Source of the DNA: Octopus vulgaris
Taxonomy: Eukaryota
DNA: 64,000 nucleotides
Direction: 5' to 3'
Assembly (NCBI GenBank): GCA_951406725.2
Contig: OX597815.1
Location: forward strand, 172,856,001-172,920,000
The notes below the pieces were generated by a model that saw nothing but the letters and a program-made list of their open reading frames with translations, searched no databases and was not told the origin of the DNA. A program made the position numbers and the translations under genes. Below, piece after piece: positions 52,658 through 64,000 of this stretch (positions are counted from its first letter, which is position 1; every line of letters begins with the position of its first letter).

Positions 52658-54196
52658 CTCTAGAAAGTGTGATCCCAGCATGGCAAGAGTCCAATGCTAA
52701 AATCAATAACAGTAAAAAAAAAAAGGAAAGAAAGTCTATCCCCATGTTGTATCTTTCCTCAACAACCACAGAAAAGTTCTGAAGAGATACAATCAATGAC
52801 CTAGAGAACTTTAACCAAAAAAAAATTGTTCTAACTCCAGGTTTGTGAAAAACCTACAGTAAAGTATGGCCCCAAAATATCCTCAATAAACTTAAAACAT
52901 ATCAAACTTATAGCATATGAATAAAACACTGACCTATGGATATCACACTGCCTTAGATCACTAAATTAATCACTGGTAGCTTCATTGTGGCATTGGAAGT
53001 TGAAGTTTTAAACACAGAAGCAGAGAGCTGGAACAGATACTGCAAGGCCTCTTATCCAACACGTTAATCATTACACTAATCCATTAAGATGAATTAGTAC
53101 TTTATTAACCCCAAAAGGATGACCTTGGTAGACAAAACTGACCTTGGTGAGTTCTGAACTCAGAATGTAGAGGACTGAAACAAATACGACAAAGCATTCT
53201 ATCCAATGACAATTTGCCTCATTAATTAAAAGTGCCATTTATTTATGAATTTACAAGGCTTAATATATTTCTGTAGTGATAATACCATAAGAAATAATAT
53301 CTTATTTGAGTATGGTTATGGTTAGTAAAATATGACTAAATCTTGGGAATATATCATTGCTCTTTTGTATGAAAGTTCCAAGAATTCAACTTTCTTTATA
53401 TTTACATCTGAAAATGATGTTAATATACTAGCTAAACTTGGCATTTAGTGAATTTTTTTCTGAATCTTATGCAGTAACTAACAGTCAATTTACTAGCAAT
53501 TAGTATGAGAAGAAGACTAAACAGTGAACACCAAAATCATTTATTTATTTGAACCTTGGAAAAAAAATCCCCCTGCACCAACTTGCTATCAGTATTGAAG
53601 AAAATGACTAATTCTTCTCTGCTTCATGCAAGATTATTCCATGAGAACACTTATCAGCAGCTGTTTATATTGTTGTGGAGATGAATGAGCTAGATTAGTA
53701 TTTTTTTCAATAAACCCTTCTTACAGTTTTGTTTAGAAAAAATTTAAAATACATGTCTGCTGTTAAATAAAACCAAGTTACCATTAAGCGTACATGAAAG
53801 AAGTTAAAAATGTGAGCATGCAATGAGACTGAAACCCACATCTCTTCATGAATGGTTCAAAATGATTACCACTATTCAATGTTGAAATCAAAACACTTAA
53901 TATATGTTTTTTGTTTTGTTTTGTTTTTTATACCAAAACAATTTTTTTAAGCACAAATAGAAACTGCTTGTGCTGTACTTGACTGTTGTGAATCTGACTA
54001 GATTAGATTTCAAAATCTCTTCTATATTATATAGTGTGAAGAGTAATATCATTCAACCACTTAAATCAGACTATTTCAATGAAACTTTTTTATTTTTTCT
54101 GTAGTTTACTTTTGCTATATATATATATAAGTTCGATAATTAAACTAAATTTATTGATAGTTAACCTAAGGTTCAACAACAAATATAAGGTTTTAT

Positions 54197-54409
54197 CTAA
54201 CCCTTTAGCTTAGCTTTTAAATTGGCCATAAAATGGCCCAAATATACTCTGTCTTATGTTCAAACCAACCAGATTCAGCTTCTCTCACCTACCCTACAAT
54301 GTCATTCCAAAAATGAACAACCACAACATCAAAATCTTAAAGCTAATGCATGATTAATTCAAAATACTACATTACATTTCACTGAGTAATCTGAATATTA
54401 AAGGGTTAA
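54197..54409 (+). mobile_element. piggyBac-like MITE
   Basis: ctaa-CCCTTTAGC ... tattaaaGGG-TTAA; internal sequence matches 25659-25886. Confidence 0.8.
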
Positions 54410-55087
54410 ACAAAGCAAATAAGCAGATACAGAGTATCAAAATTATAGAATTTGCTGGGACTGAAGTCCACAGTAATTTCCTGTATCTTATGCATTTTCA
54501 ACAAAATTCACTTGTCATTTTTAATGCTTTTACACCAGTGTATTTTATTTTAGATTATTTTAATCCAAAGACATGCCTTGCCCTTTTTTTTTTTTTTTGA
54601 CATCAACTAGATTAGTGTATTTTACAAAATGCTTATCAAAATGTATACTAATAGTTATTTCATAATACACTTGAAAATAGATAACTGTAGTGTCTCTCAG
54701 GTTGTTCTAACAATACTAAATGAGTAATTTTCAATTCAGTTAAGAGATTATTAGGAGCTTCATAAAATATTTCACAGTAACTGTGAACAACAAATCAAAA
54801 ACAAAAACAAAAGACAAAGATTAAGGTTCAACTTGAAATTCCATTAAAAAAAATCACACTAAACCAATTAAAATAGACTTCAAAGGTATCATGTATATAT
54901 AAGAATTTATAAATATTCTTTTGGCCCTCCCCTCTTAAAACAAATAAATAGAACTATAATTAAAACAATATAATTCTTTACATCAAAATTAAGCAAATTG
55001 CAGTGAGAATATATTTGACAGAAACATAATTTCAAGAATAGAAAGGAGTTTTCTAAGGAGAAGCAATATAGTTATATTTTTGAAATA

Positions 55088-55138
55088 TCATCATCATCAT
55101 CATCATTGTCATCATCATCATCATCATCATCATCATCA
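55088..55138. repeat. (CAT)n microsatellite
   Basis: Directly visible. Confidence 0.95.
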
Positions 55139-57034
55139 ATTAATCGCTGTACAAAATTTTTCATTTATAAATGGAAAATGGAAAGGAAAATTGAAAACAA
55201 TAAAATGAACAAGACACTTTATGCTTCATACAAGTTACAGGCTTACAAATATTGGTTACAATAAACCATTCAACATTTTGTGCCATTTTAGGGGCAAAAC
55301 TATGCTTAGATTTGCCAATACAGACAATCTTTCTGATATATAATTTAAATAGTGTCTTTCTATGAAGTTTGGTTGCTCTATGATCGTTTGCATTTTTTTT
55401 TTTTTTTACATTTTCAATTTTTCCTTTTCCTTTTACTCAATTTTTCTACTAAATTCAGTCATAACCAGGTCATCCTTAGAATTTTCTGCACAGAACCAAT
55501 TCCATGATAAAATAGATTTTAAAACACAGATATTAAAAATGAAACGCACACAGCTGCACAAATCAGTGTAACTGTGAGTGTTTTGGTGAATGAAAAGTGC
55601 AAAATGGAAAAATAATTTCCAAACTTTGAGCCATGCTTCCATTTTTTTTTTAAAGTGTAAATCAAAATTCTTGCTAAAATGACTAATTCTGCAGCAGGTG
55701 ATATGGCTGAAGCAGGAAACTGAGATATAAAAGAGTTTTGCAAAGACAAATGAAAACTAAGGGTAACAGTAAAATAACTGAGTGAACCAGAAACTATTGA
55801 TATTTCTTTGTACTAAGTACCTTTTCTTTTTGTTTTTAGTTGGGTAAGCATAATGCACACAACTATACGATGTGGAATTTATTGCTTCTTATAAATAACA
55901 TTTAAAAAATTTTTTCACCCTCATCCATTTACCAATAATTAGATGTGAATATTTTCTTGGTAGACATGCATCTACAGAAACAGACAAAGGACAAATGTTT
56001 AGGCTGAAAGGCGTACCACTGAAATGGTGTGTAGTGTGACTAATACATGTTGATAGAATTTCATACCTTTGACTGGTTCTAAATAAGCATAGAAAGAAAA
56101 GAAATAGAAAAGTATTTTAAGTTACATGAGAATATAGAACTGTATCTATCAAATAAACAGATATCAATATTTATAGAAAGAAAGATCCAGTTAGTCTCAA
56201 AGGATAGATCATAATCAATATGACCAAGAGAAAAAAATCAATAAAGACTGTATTGCTGTTCTTAAAACAACAATAGAAATTATACTTCTTTCACTATTAT
56301 TTTATTCTTTCACATATATTACATGTTTCACACATATTACAAGTTTGTTCCAGGTAAATAAAGATATTATGTTGCTTTTGATAATTCCTTACAATTTCTG
56401 TATTTAATAAGTTAAATAATTATTCTGCTTTGTCAAGGATTACATTAAAGTTATTCTCATAAGCTTTTCAAAGATATCAATAATTTAATATAATCATCAA
56501 TAAGTCCTACAACAGACCTATCTTTCACAATATATCAAAAGTAACAGTCTCAAATCTTTACCACCTTAAACATATTTTACTTTAAGCTTATCTTAGTTCG
56601 CATTTCTCTCTGGAACATCTGTTTTACAAGCTGGACCCCAACCTACCCCACATTGATCAGATGTCCTGTATTCTACCTTTGCAAGAGGTAATCCCAAAAG
56701 GCCTACTACATGGTCTGCGGGTTGAGAATGCTAATGCTATTTAGTTATTGGGGTCTTGTTATTACACTGTTAACCCTTACCTTAATAATCTGATTTAAAA
56801 TGATTATATTATTTCAAATAGCAGGCCTAAATTAGAAAATTGTTCGTATCAACCAAGAAAGTATGTAATATACACTATTTTATTTATTGCAAAAACAATT
56901 TCATTCAAAAATTAATGTAACATTTTTTTTTAAATACATACATACACACATACACATACTTCAGCATACAAATATGATAAAAAGTACTCAATATGTGAAG
57001 CAGAGTTAAACACACACATATATATATATATATA

Positions 57035-57225
57035 CAATGCCTCACAGCTGCAAGAGACAGACATCACTGGGCTGCATCATCCTCAGTCCTGATCACAGAC
57101 TACCAGTGTCCAACCTGTGGATGTCTGTATGCTTCTGGCTTTGGGCTGCAGAGCCACATGCGTTCCCACTGCTGGCTGTTGAGACCACAGACTACGTCTT
57201 CATCAGAGACTGATGGACTACCAAG
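57035..57225 (+). mobile_element. RTE-BovB-like 3' tip with a C-terminal C2H2 zinc finger
   Basis: DYQCPTCGCLYASGFGLQSHMRSH (57098-57169), then hairpin catcag-aga-ctgatg; embedded in TA repeats. Confidence 0.65.
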
Positions 57226-57269
57226 ATATACATATATATTTTATACACACACACACACACACATATTGT

Positions 57270-57500
57270 GTGGAGGTGAGTGGTTTAGTAGTCAAGGGGT
57301 TGCACTCATGGTTGTAAGATTGTAGTTTTGATTCCTGGACCAGGCAATGCATTGTATTCTTAAGCAAAACACTGCATTTCACATTGCTCCAGTCCACTCA
57401 GCAAAAATTAATAACCCTGTGATGAACCAGCATCCCATCCAGAAGGGAATATATGTACCACAGAATCTGGGAAATTGGCTTTATAAGGACCTTTGATCCT
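57270..57500 (+). mobile_element. tRNA-derived SINE, family C
   Basis: Matches 44990-45220 and the head at 16370. Confidence 0.8.
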
Positions 57501-57639
57501 TTATACATATATATAATGAACTGCAGAGCAGAAAATAATACTCCCATTCCTCCCACTTACTCTCACTACATAATCTTGTACTAAATAGCAGTCAATATTT
57601 TGCAATTCTTATTTATCCCATGGTGTATTCCTTTTCAAA

Positions 57640-58330
57640 AGTGTTTATGCATACCAACTGCATTTGTGTAAAACTTCTGTCTACAGTGATTCTTTCTGTG
57701 TGTAATTTAGTAAAAGGAAGATAAATGAAGTCATCAAATACTTCAATGAAAACATGGTCATCATTATTTCTGTCAGCATCCAGGAGAAATCTATTACCTA
57801 TACCTCCTGATGTCAAGTTTCTAAAAATGAGCCATCATTTCACTTATTTGGGTGTATCATAAACCCCAATTCCACTCTTCACAATGAATTCTTAGTACAT
57901 AGTTGAAGTGAATTACTAATTTACCTTCACATGATATGAAATGCCAACTACCTTGTAGACAACATGAGGTCTAAAAAAAAGTTTTACTCTGAAAATTGTC
58001 ATACAAGTTGACAAATTGAACAATGCCCAGGACAGAGATCAGCATTTCCAACAGATTTCATTAGCACTGCCTATACATAATAATTATTGACATCATAAGA
58101 TTATGAGCAGCAGCATTCTTGGTAAAATCTGGATGAGATTAGAAGTTTTTAGTCAAAGCACAATCTAGACAAGTTGACTGTGTTGTGCATATGAGAGAGC
58201 TGAAAACACAAATAAATTTTATATGAAAGAATATTAAATATACTTGAATAGAACTCCTTTTGCTTCATTTTAAAGAAATCCAGAAGGAGAACTTAAAACT
58301 CATATCAATGAATACCATAACTTAGGAAAT
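57640..58330 (+). mobile_element. Degraded RTE-BovB-like post-RT region
   Basis: HFTYLG (~57836-57853), RFH*HCL (~58053), KAQSRQVDCVVHM (~58155; KAQLRWAGHVVRM-like), LHFKEIQKENLK (~58263). Confidence 0.65.
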
Positions 58331-58352
58331 CTTGCAGAAATATTTTCAACAC

Positions 58353-61254
58353 TCACAGGCAAGGAACACAGGTACAAGATTTTCTGGGCAGGGAACACTG
58401 ACGGGGTTGGTGGCGTGGGTATACTTATCGCTGAGAAATAGATAGATAGAGTAATTGAGGTAATCAGAGTAAGTGACAGAATACTTAAGATTAGAATAGT
58501 GCTTCATAATAGATTAGCAACCATTATATCGGCCTATGCCCCTCAGCCAGGGCTACCCGATGGACAGAAAGACAGTTTCTATGACACCCTACTGCAGACC
58601 ACCTCATTGACGAACGACAGGGACCTTCTCTTTGTGGCTGGTGATTTCAATGGGCATGTTGGACGACATGCTGGGGGTTCCATGGCGTACATGGAGGCTA
58701 CGGTTATGGTTCCCGCAACGAGGAGGGAACCAGGCTGCTGGAGTTCTGCGATGCGAATAGTCTTATGGTCTGCAACACTAACTTCAGGAAACCAACAAGC
58801 CACCTGGTCACCTACCGATCAGGCCGGCATACTAGCCAAATCGACTACATCCTTGCCAGAAAAAGGGAAAGATGGCTGCTTATAAATGCCAAAACCTTCC
58901 CAGGCGAAGAATGCACCCCACAACATAGACTGGTAGTTAGTGACTTTAGGATCAGGACTAAGAGGGTGACTAGAAGACGACCAACATGGAGAAGAAGGGT
59001 CTGGAAGCTTAAAGACCCTGCGAATGGACAGAGATTTAGAGATATGTTACTTGAAGCCTTTGACGAAGTGGAAGGGGGTATAGCTACACATGGGGTAGAA
59101 GACAACTGGACGATTCTGAAGGACAACCTGCTGAAAGCCGCTGACCAGATCTGTGGCTGGTGCAAAGTCCCCTTAAGACCCAAAATAACGTGTTGGTGGA
59201 ACAATATTGTTGACAGGGCTATTAGACAAAAGAAACAGGCTTGGAAGGCCTGGAAGAACGGTGGTAGCAGGGAAGTGTATCAGACTGCCAGAAGGGAAGC
59301 TAGCAGACAGGTCTATCTAGCCAGAGAGGAAGCAGATAAGAGAAAATTTGCCAATGTCCTGCGCCGTGAGGATGAAAGACTTGAGGTATTTCGTGTTGCA
59401 AGACAGTGTGTGAGAGAGAATCGTGATGTGGTAGGAGAGAAATGTGTTCGCATGGAGGATGGTTCACTAAATGAGGATGCGCTAAATGAGGATGCAAAGA
59501 GAGAAGCTTGGAGACGCCACTATGAAAGGTTGCTGAATGAGGAAAATGAATGGGATAAAGAGAGTCTGCCGAATGTTGACCCAACAGAGGGACCAGCTAT
59601 CCGAGTTGATAGTTCCGTGGTAGCTAAGGCAATTAGAAGCATGAAGACAGGGAAAGCCCCAGGCCCATCAGAAATTACTGCAGAGATGCTCAAAATATCT
59701 GGTAGTGTCGGCTATAGCATAGTCACCCGTATAGTTAACCAGGTGATACACGAAGGAGTCATACCCAATGACTGGTGTAGCAGCATAATAGTCAACTGCT
59801 ACAAAGGTAAAGGTGACGCCCTAGATACAAATAACTACAGGGGCATCAAGCTGCTGGATCAGGTAATGAAGGTTACGGAGAGGGTTATAGCCCAGTTAAT
59901 TAGAGAGAGTTAGCTTAGATGATATGCAGTTTGGGTTCGTGCCAGGGAAAAGTACTACTGATGCTATATTCCTGGTAAGACAGCTGCAGGAGAAATACCT
60001 AGCCAAAGGTAAGCCCTTGTACCTGGCTTTTGTTGACTTGGAGAAAGCCTTTGACAGGGTCCCCCGATCCCTTATCTGGTGGTCAATGAGGAAACTAGGG
60101 ATAGATGAATGGTTAGTGAGAGCTGTGCAAGCCATGTACAGAGACGCTGCTAGTAAGGTGAGGGTTGGCAACGAGTACAGTGAAGAATTCCGGGTAGAGG
60201 TTGGGGTCCACCAAGGTTCAGTCCTCAGCCCCCTCCTATTTATCATAGTCCTCCAGGCAATAACGGAAGAATTTAAGACAGGATGCCCCTGGGAGCTCCT
60301 CTATGCTGATGACCTTGCTCTAATTGCTGAGTCACTATCAGAACTGGAGGAGAAGTTTCAGGTGTGGAAACAAGGATTAGAATCGAAGGGCCTTAGAATC
60401 AACCTAGCCAAAACCAAAGTCCTAATAAGTAGGAAGGTGGACCAACCACAAACGACTTCAGGTAGATGGCCCTGCTCGATCTGTAAAAAAGGTGTAGGTA
60501 GAAACTCTATAAGGTGCACCAAGTGTAAGCTATGGACACATAAGAGGTGCAGCAATGTCAAAGGTAGGCTAACTGGGAAGATAGATTTCGTATGTGGCAG
60601 ATGCTCAGGAGAAATAAACACTGGAAATATGCAGAGACCAACTGCTACCACGTTCCAGGGAGACAAACTAGAAGTAGTTGATAGCTTCCGAAACCTAGGA
60701 GACCAAGTCAGTAGCGGGGGTGGGTGTGCTGAAAGTGTAACTGCTAGAGTAAGAATAGCCTGGGCAAAGTTTAGAGAGCTCTTACCCCTGCTGGTGACAA
60801 AAGGCCTCTCGCTCAGAGTAAAAGGCAGACTTTATGATGCATGTGTACGTACAGCCATGCTACATGGTAGTGAAACATGGGCCGTGACTGCTGAGGATAT
60901 GCGTAAGCTCACAAGAAATGAAGCCAGTATGCTCCGATGGATGTGTAATGTCAGTGTTCATAATCGTCAGAGTGTAAGTACCTTGAGAGAAAAGTTGAAC
61001 CTCAGAAGCGTCAGTTGTGGTGTGCAAGAGAGACGGCTGCGCTGGTATGGTCATATGACGAGAATGGCTGAAGATAGTTGTGTGCAAAAGTGCTACACCC
61101 TAGCAGTTGAGGGAACCTGTGGAAAGGTAGACCCAGGAAAACCTGGGACGAAGTGGTGAAGCACGACCTACGAACTTTAGGTCTCACCAAGGAAATGACT
61201 AGAGACCGAGACCTATGGAAGTATGCTGTGCGTGAGAAGACCCGGCAAGACTAG
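58353..61254 (+). pseudogene. RTE ORF (AP endonuclease, RT, PHD-type finger) with one stop and about three frameshifts
   Basis: APE motifs SAYAPQ, AGDFNGHVG, QIDYIL, QHRLV; RT motifs NYRGIKLL, QFGF, FVDLEKAFDRV, GVHQGSVLSP, YADD (60302-60313). Lesions: TAG at 58439, shifts at ~58675, ~59905, ~61122; restored stop at 61252-61254. Confidence 0.95.
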
Positions 61255-61409
61255 TCAGGCCATAACCCGTGGCCCCTACCTGGGACGTAGTCAGTCCACC
61301 TGTGCATACCTTCCTTCTTGTGACACTTGTGAAGACCTGTTGAGGCAAGTGAAAATCAAACAAAATCAAAATAGATGAACATCAATGGAATTTGTATCTT
61401 TGTGGTACC

Positions 61410-61880
61410 AGTGCCGGTGGCACACAAGAAAACCATCCGAACGTGGCCGTAGCCAGTACCGCACCGACTGGCATCCATGCTGTGGGCACGTAACAATCAC
61501 CATCCAATCGTGGCCGATCACCAGCCTAATCTGGCTCCTGTGTCGGTGGCACATAAATAAAAAAAAAAACACCACCCAAGCGTGGTCGTCTGCTAGCCTT
61601 GTCTGGCACCTGTGTCGGTGGCACATAAAAACACCATCCGAGCGTGGCCGTTCGCCAGCCTCGTCTGGCACCTGTGTCGGTGGCACATAAAAACACCATC
61701 CGAGCGTGGTCGTCTGCCAGCCTTGTCTGGCACCTGTGTCGGTGGCACATAAAAACACCATCCGAGCGTGGCCGTTCGCCAGCTTCATCTGGCACCTGTG
61801 TCGGTGGCACATAAAAACACCATCCGAGCGTGGCCGTTCGCCAGCCTCGTCTGGCACCTGTGTCGGTGGCACATAAAATC
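61410..61880 (+). repeat. 62-bp tandem array in the RTE 3' UTR, about 7.5 units
   Basis: ggcacctgtgtcggtggcacataaaa starts at 61605, 61667, 61729, 61791 and 61853 (period 62), with three degenerate units upstream. Confidence 0.95.
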
Positions 61881-63411
61881 ACCCACTACACTCTCGGAGT
61901 GGTTGGCATTAGGAAGGGCATCCAGCTGTAGAAACACTGCCAGATCTGACTGGCCTGGTGCAGCCTTCGGGCTCCCCAGACCCCAGTTGAACCGTCCAAC
62001 CCATGCTAGCATGGAAAGCGGACGTTAAATGATGATGATGATGATGATGATGAAACTGACTTCAAGAGACAGAGAATCAAATGTAGCAAAAATAAACTGG
62101 ATAAAGCAAATGTGATAACAATAAGGAGATGCATGTGGCTTTCTTGCTAGATGCAAGGTTAAACTCACATTACACTTGTTCCTATAGACACATCTACAGT
62201 AGCTAGTTACATCCATCGTATGAAGACGAAAACCTTAAGTAAGCTAAATCAAAGATAGATGGGCATAAAAGATCATGGATTTTAACAGGTATATTTGGAA
62301 TCAACAGAAAGGTAGCAATAGTCTATCTGAAAGTTGTGCGCATGGCAAGAAATGAAGAGTAAATGAGGTTCCCAAAGTTTTAGGATATTGATAATTTTAC
62401 AATAAAAGGTACAAATTTCAGAAAGTCAGCCACCAAAATAATCAACAAGTTCTGTGAACCAACCGGCCTTTGCCTTAAATGGGGAAAATGCTAATGATCA
62501 TGAATATTAAACCTATTTCTGGTGAGTGACCAACACAGGCTACTGGTTTGTGAATTCAAGATGAAAAGCAGGAAAACAAGAATCATGATAAAGTGAAAGA
62601 TTTTGTTGTTTGAATCCATATCAACTCTAATCAACTAGATCTATAAACAAAGGCACTTTGCAAAGCCTATCTCCAAAGATTCCTAAGGCACTTGTTGCTA
62701 TTTCTAGCAGGTCAAGCGACTACATGGTAGCTACTTCATTGACTCAGAGTGATCTTCCAAAAAAGTACTAGCAGTTGGAAAGAGAGACTGGTGCAGAGAA
62801 CTTCTCCAGAATTGAGGGGGCTTGAATGTTCCTATAGAACAACCTACAGAAAACTATTGACTAGGTAGCAGTTAACAGAATAGTGAAATACAAAATATAT
62901 TTGAAGATAAAGTACCTACTTGTCAGTTAAAAAAAATTATTATCTTGCACCAAGAGAATGAATGAGAAACAAAGGATATGGAATTGAGAAATAGTGTATT
63001 CAAAATTATGAATAGAAGTGTGTTTGAATTGACATGGACACACTTAATACTGAAATGTCATTTTTTGGAGACTGTTGAATATAGATTATTATTGGAACAA
63101 CAATCAACTGCAAAGCTATTGATGAAAGCAATTCAAAACATAGGAACAGCTATGAATAAGCTGAAAGCATTATGTGGGGCTAATGTAACACTAATTGCTT
63201 GTTTAGTTAATTTGATAATAGGCGGGAGATATTAGCTCAATACCAGAAATGGGAAAACAGAAAATGAAGCAAGACTGGCAGAGAACCAAAGTTTAGAAGT
63301 TGCAGGTAGATTCATGGCATGACTGCACAATCTGTAACAAAATGAATATTTGAGATTGAAGCATGCACAAGATGTATTGTAACATTTAATATGTTTTCCA
63401 GTTAATAGACA

Positions 63412-63530
63412 TAGGCATGGCTGAGCAGTTAAGAAAGGTCCTTCACTACTATGGACACCCAGCTGGTATTTTCTAGCATACCCACAAACTGACCAATGCC
63501 TTGTGAGGGAAACTCGGTTGATGGAAACTA
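63412..63530 (+). mobile_element. SINE family B head, degraded
   Basis: aggcatggctgagcagttaagaa...gaccaatgccttgtgag...gatggaaact. Confidence 0.6.
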
Positions 63531-63545
63531 TATATACATATATAC

Positions 63546-63590
<45 letters not shown>

Positions 63591-63629
63591 TCAACTTGTG
63601 TGTCTGTGTGGGTATCTGTGTGTGTGTCT

Positions 63630-64000
63630 GTGTGTTTAACTTCCCGGCACATCTCCTCCTAGCTAACAAATTGTAGAACCACCAAAAATGGGTCACTTAA
63701 AGTTTAGGCGAATGAAAATTGAACTGCGCTATTTCTGTTCCGAAATTCATCTCGCAAGTGCAAAAATCAACAATATGTTTGTTTAGGCCTTATCCCATGC
63801 ATTGAATAGTGAAATTTACTCAGTCAGCTGTTTGACGTGAACTGTGTTCACCACGCATGCAAGCATGCGTAAATTGCATGAAAAATAAAAAATCAAGATA
63901 TAAAAATGAATCGCCGTAAACATTGTAGAAATTTGGCTAAGAAATGAATTTTTGGGATGTAGCCTGGAGGGATTTTTCGTATTAATCGTTTGGACTTTGT
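63630..64000. promoter_or_regulatory. CpG-retaining region at the window end; candidate promoter or young DNA element
   Basis: About a dozen CpGs; palindrome acgcatgc-aa-gcatgcgt (63853-63870); tgacgtg (63833). Confidence 0.3.

Larger units (their letters stand above)
58352..62053 (+). mobile_element. Young 5'-truncated RTE-clade LINE, ~3.7 kb
   Basis: APE, RT and PHD-type finger coding region; ~800-bp 3' UTR; (GAT)n tail at 62030-62052; GC- and CpG-rich relative to flanks; no clear target-site duplication seen. Confidence 0.96.

Noticed and set aside
55433-55749. Short minus-strand ORFs and an acceptor-like ttttatatctcag in unique DNA, a possible last exon/3' UTR
   Set aside because: No recognisable domain and no partner exons; cannot be supported without transcript data
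57613-57816. Minus-strand ORF with an EF-hand-like string DADRNNDDHVFIEVF
   Set aside because: It lacks the EF-hand Gly6 and Glu12, and the opposite strand carries RTE-BovB motifs that explain the sequence
61410-61880. CRISPR-like look of the regularly spaced array and its repetitive ORFs
   Set aside because: The variable segments are homologous to one another rather than unique spacers, there are no cas genes, and the array lies in a eukaryotic LINE 3' UTR
62880-63235. Purine-rich 85-aa ORF, possibly a decayed LINE endonuclease
   Set aside because: No motif clear enough to support a call

Overview
AT-rich, microsatellite-dense eukaryotic DNA with no recognisable host protein-coding exon. 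The SINE/LINE types and repeat load suggest a cephalopod such as Octopus, but this is inference. Most of the window is transposon-derived. It contains a young 5'-truncated RTE-clade LINE (58352-62053) with AP endonuclease, RT, an inserted C4HC3 PHD-type finger and a 62-bp tandem array in its 3' UTR, plus about ten older fragments of the same family. It also contains CR1-like LINEs, Rex3- and BovB-like RTE remnants, an internally deleted R4/Dong element, a degraded Gypsy-type integrase between long direct repeats, several tRNA-derived SINE families, piggyBac- and hAT-type MITEs, and several Penelope-like element (PLE) remnants. The most notable pattern is four elements next to (TA)n tracts that share one layout: an inverted copy, a forward copy, then a short tail. 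In three of them the inversion ends inside a recognisable hammerhead ribozyme motif; in the fourth this is only suggested. Two CpG-retaining patches (about 40960-41910 and 63630-64000) in otherwise CpG-depleted DNA are candidate promoters. All alignments and translations were done by eye, and boundaries of degraded elements are approximate.
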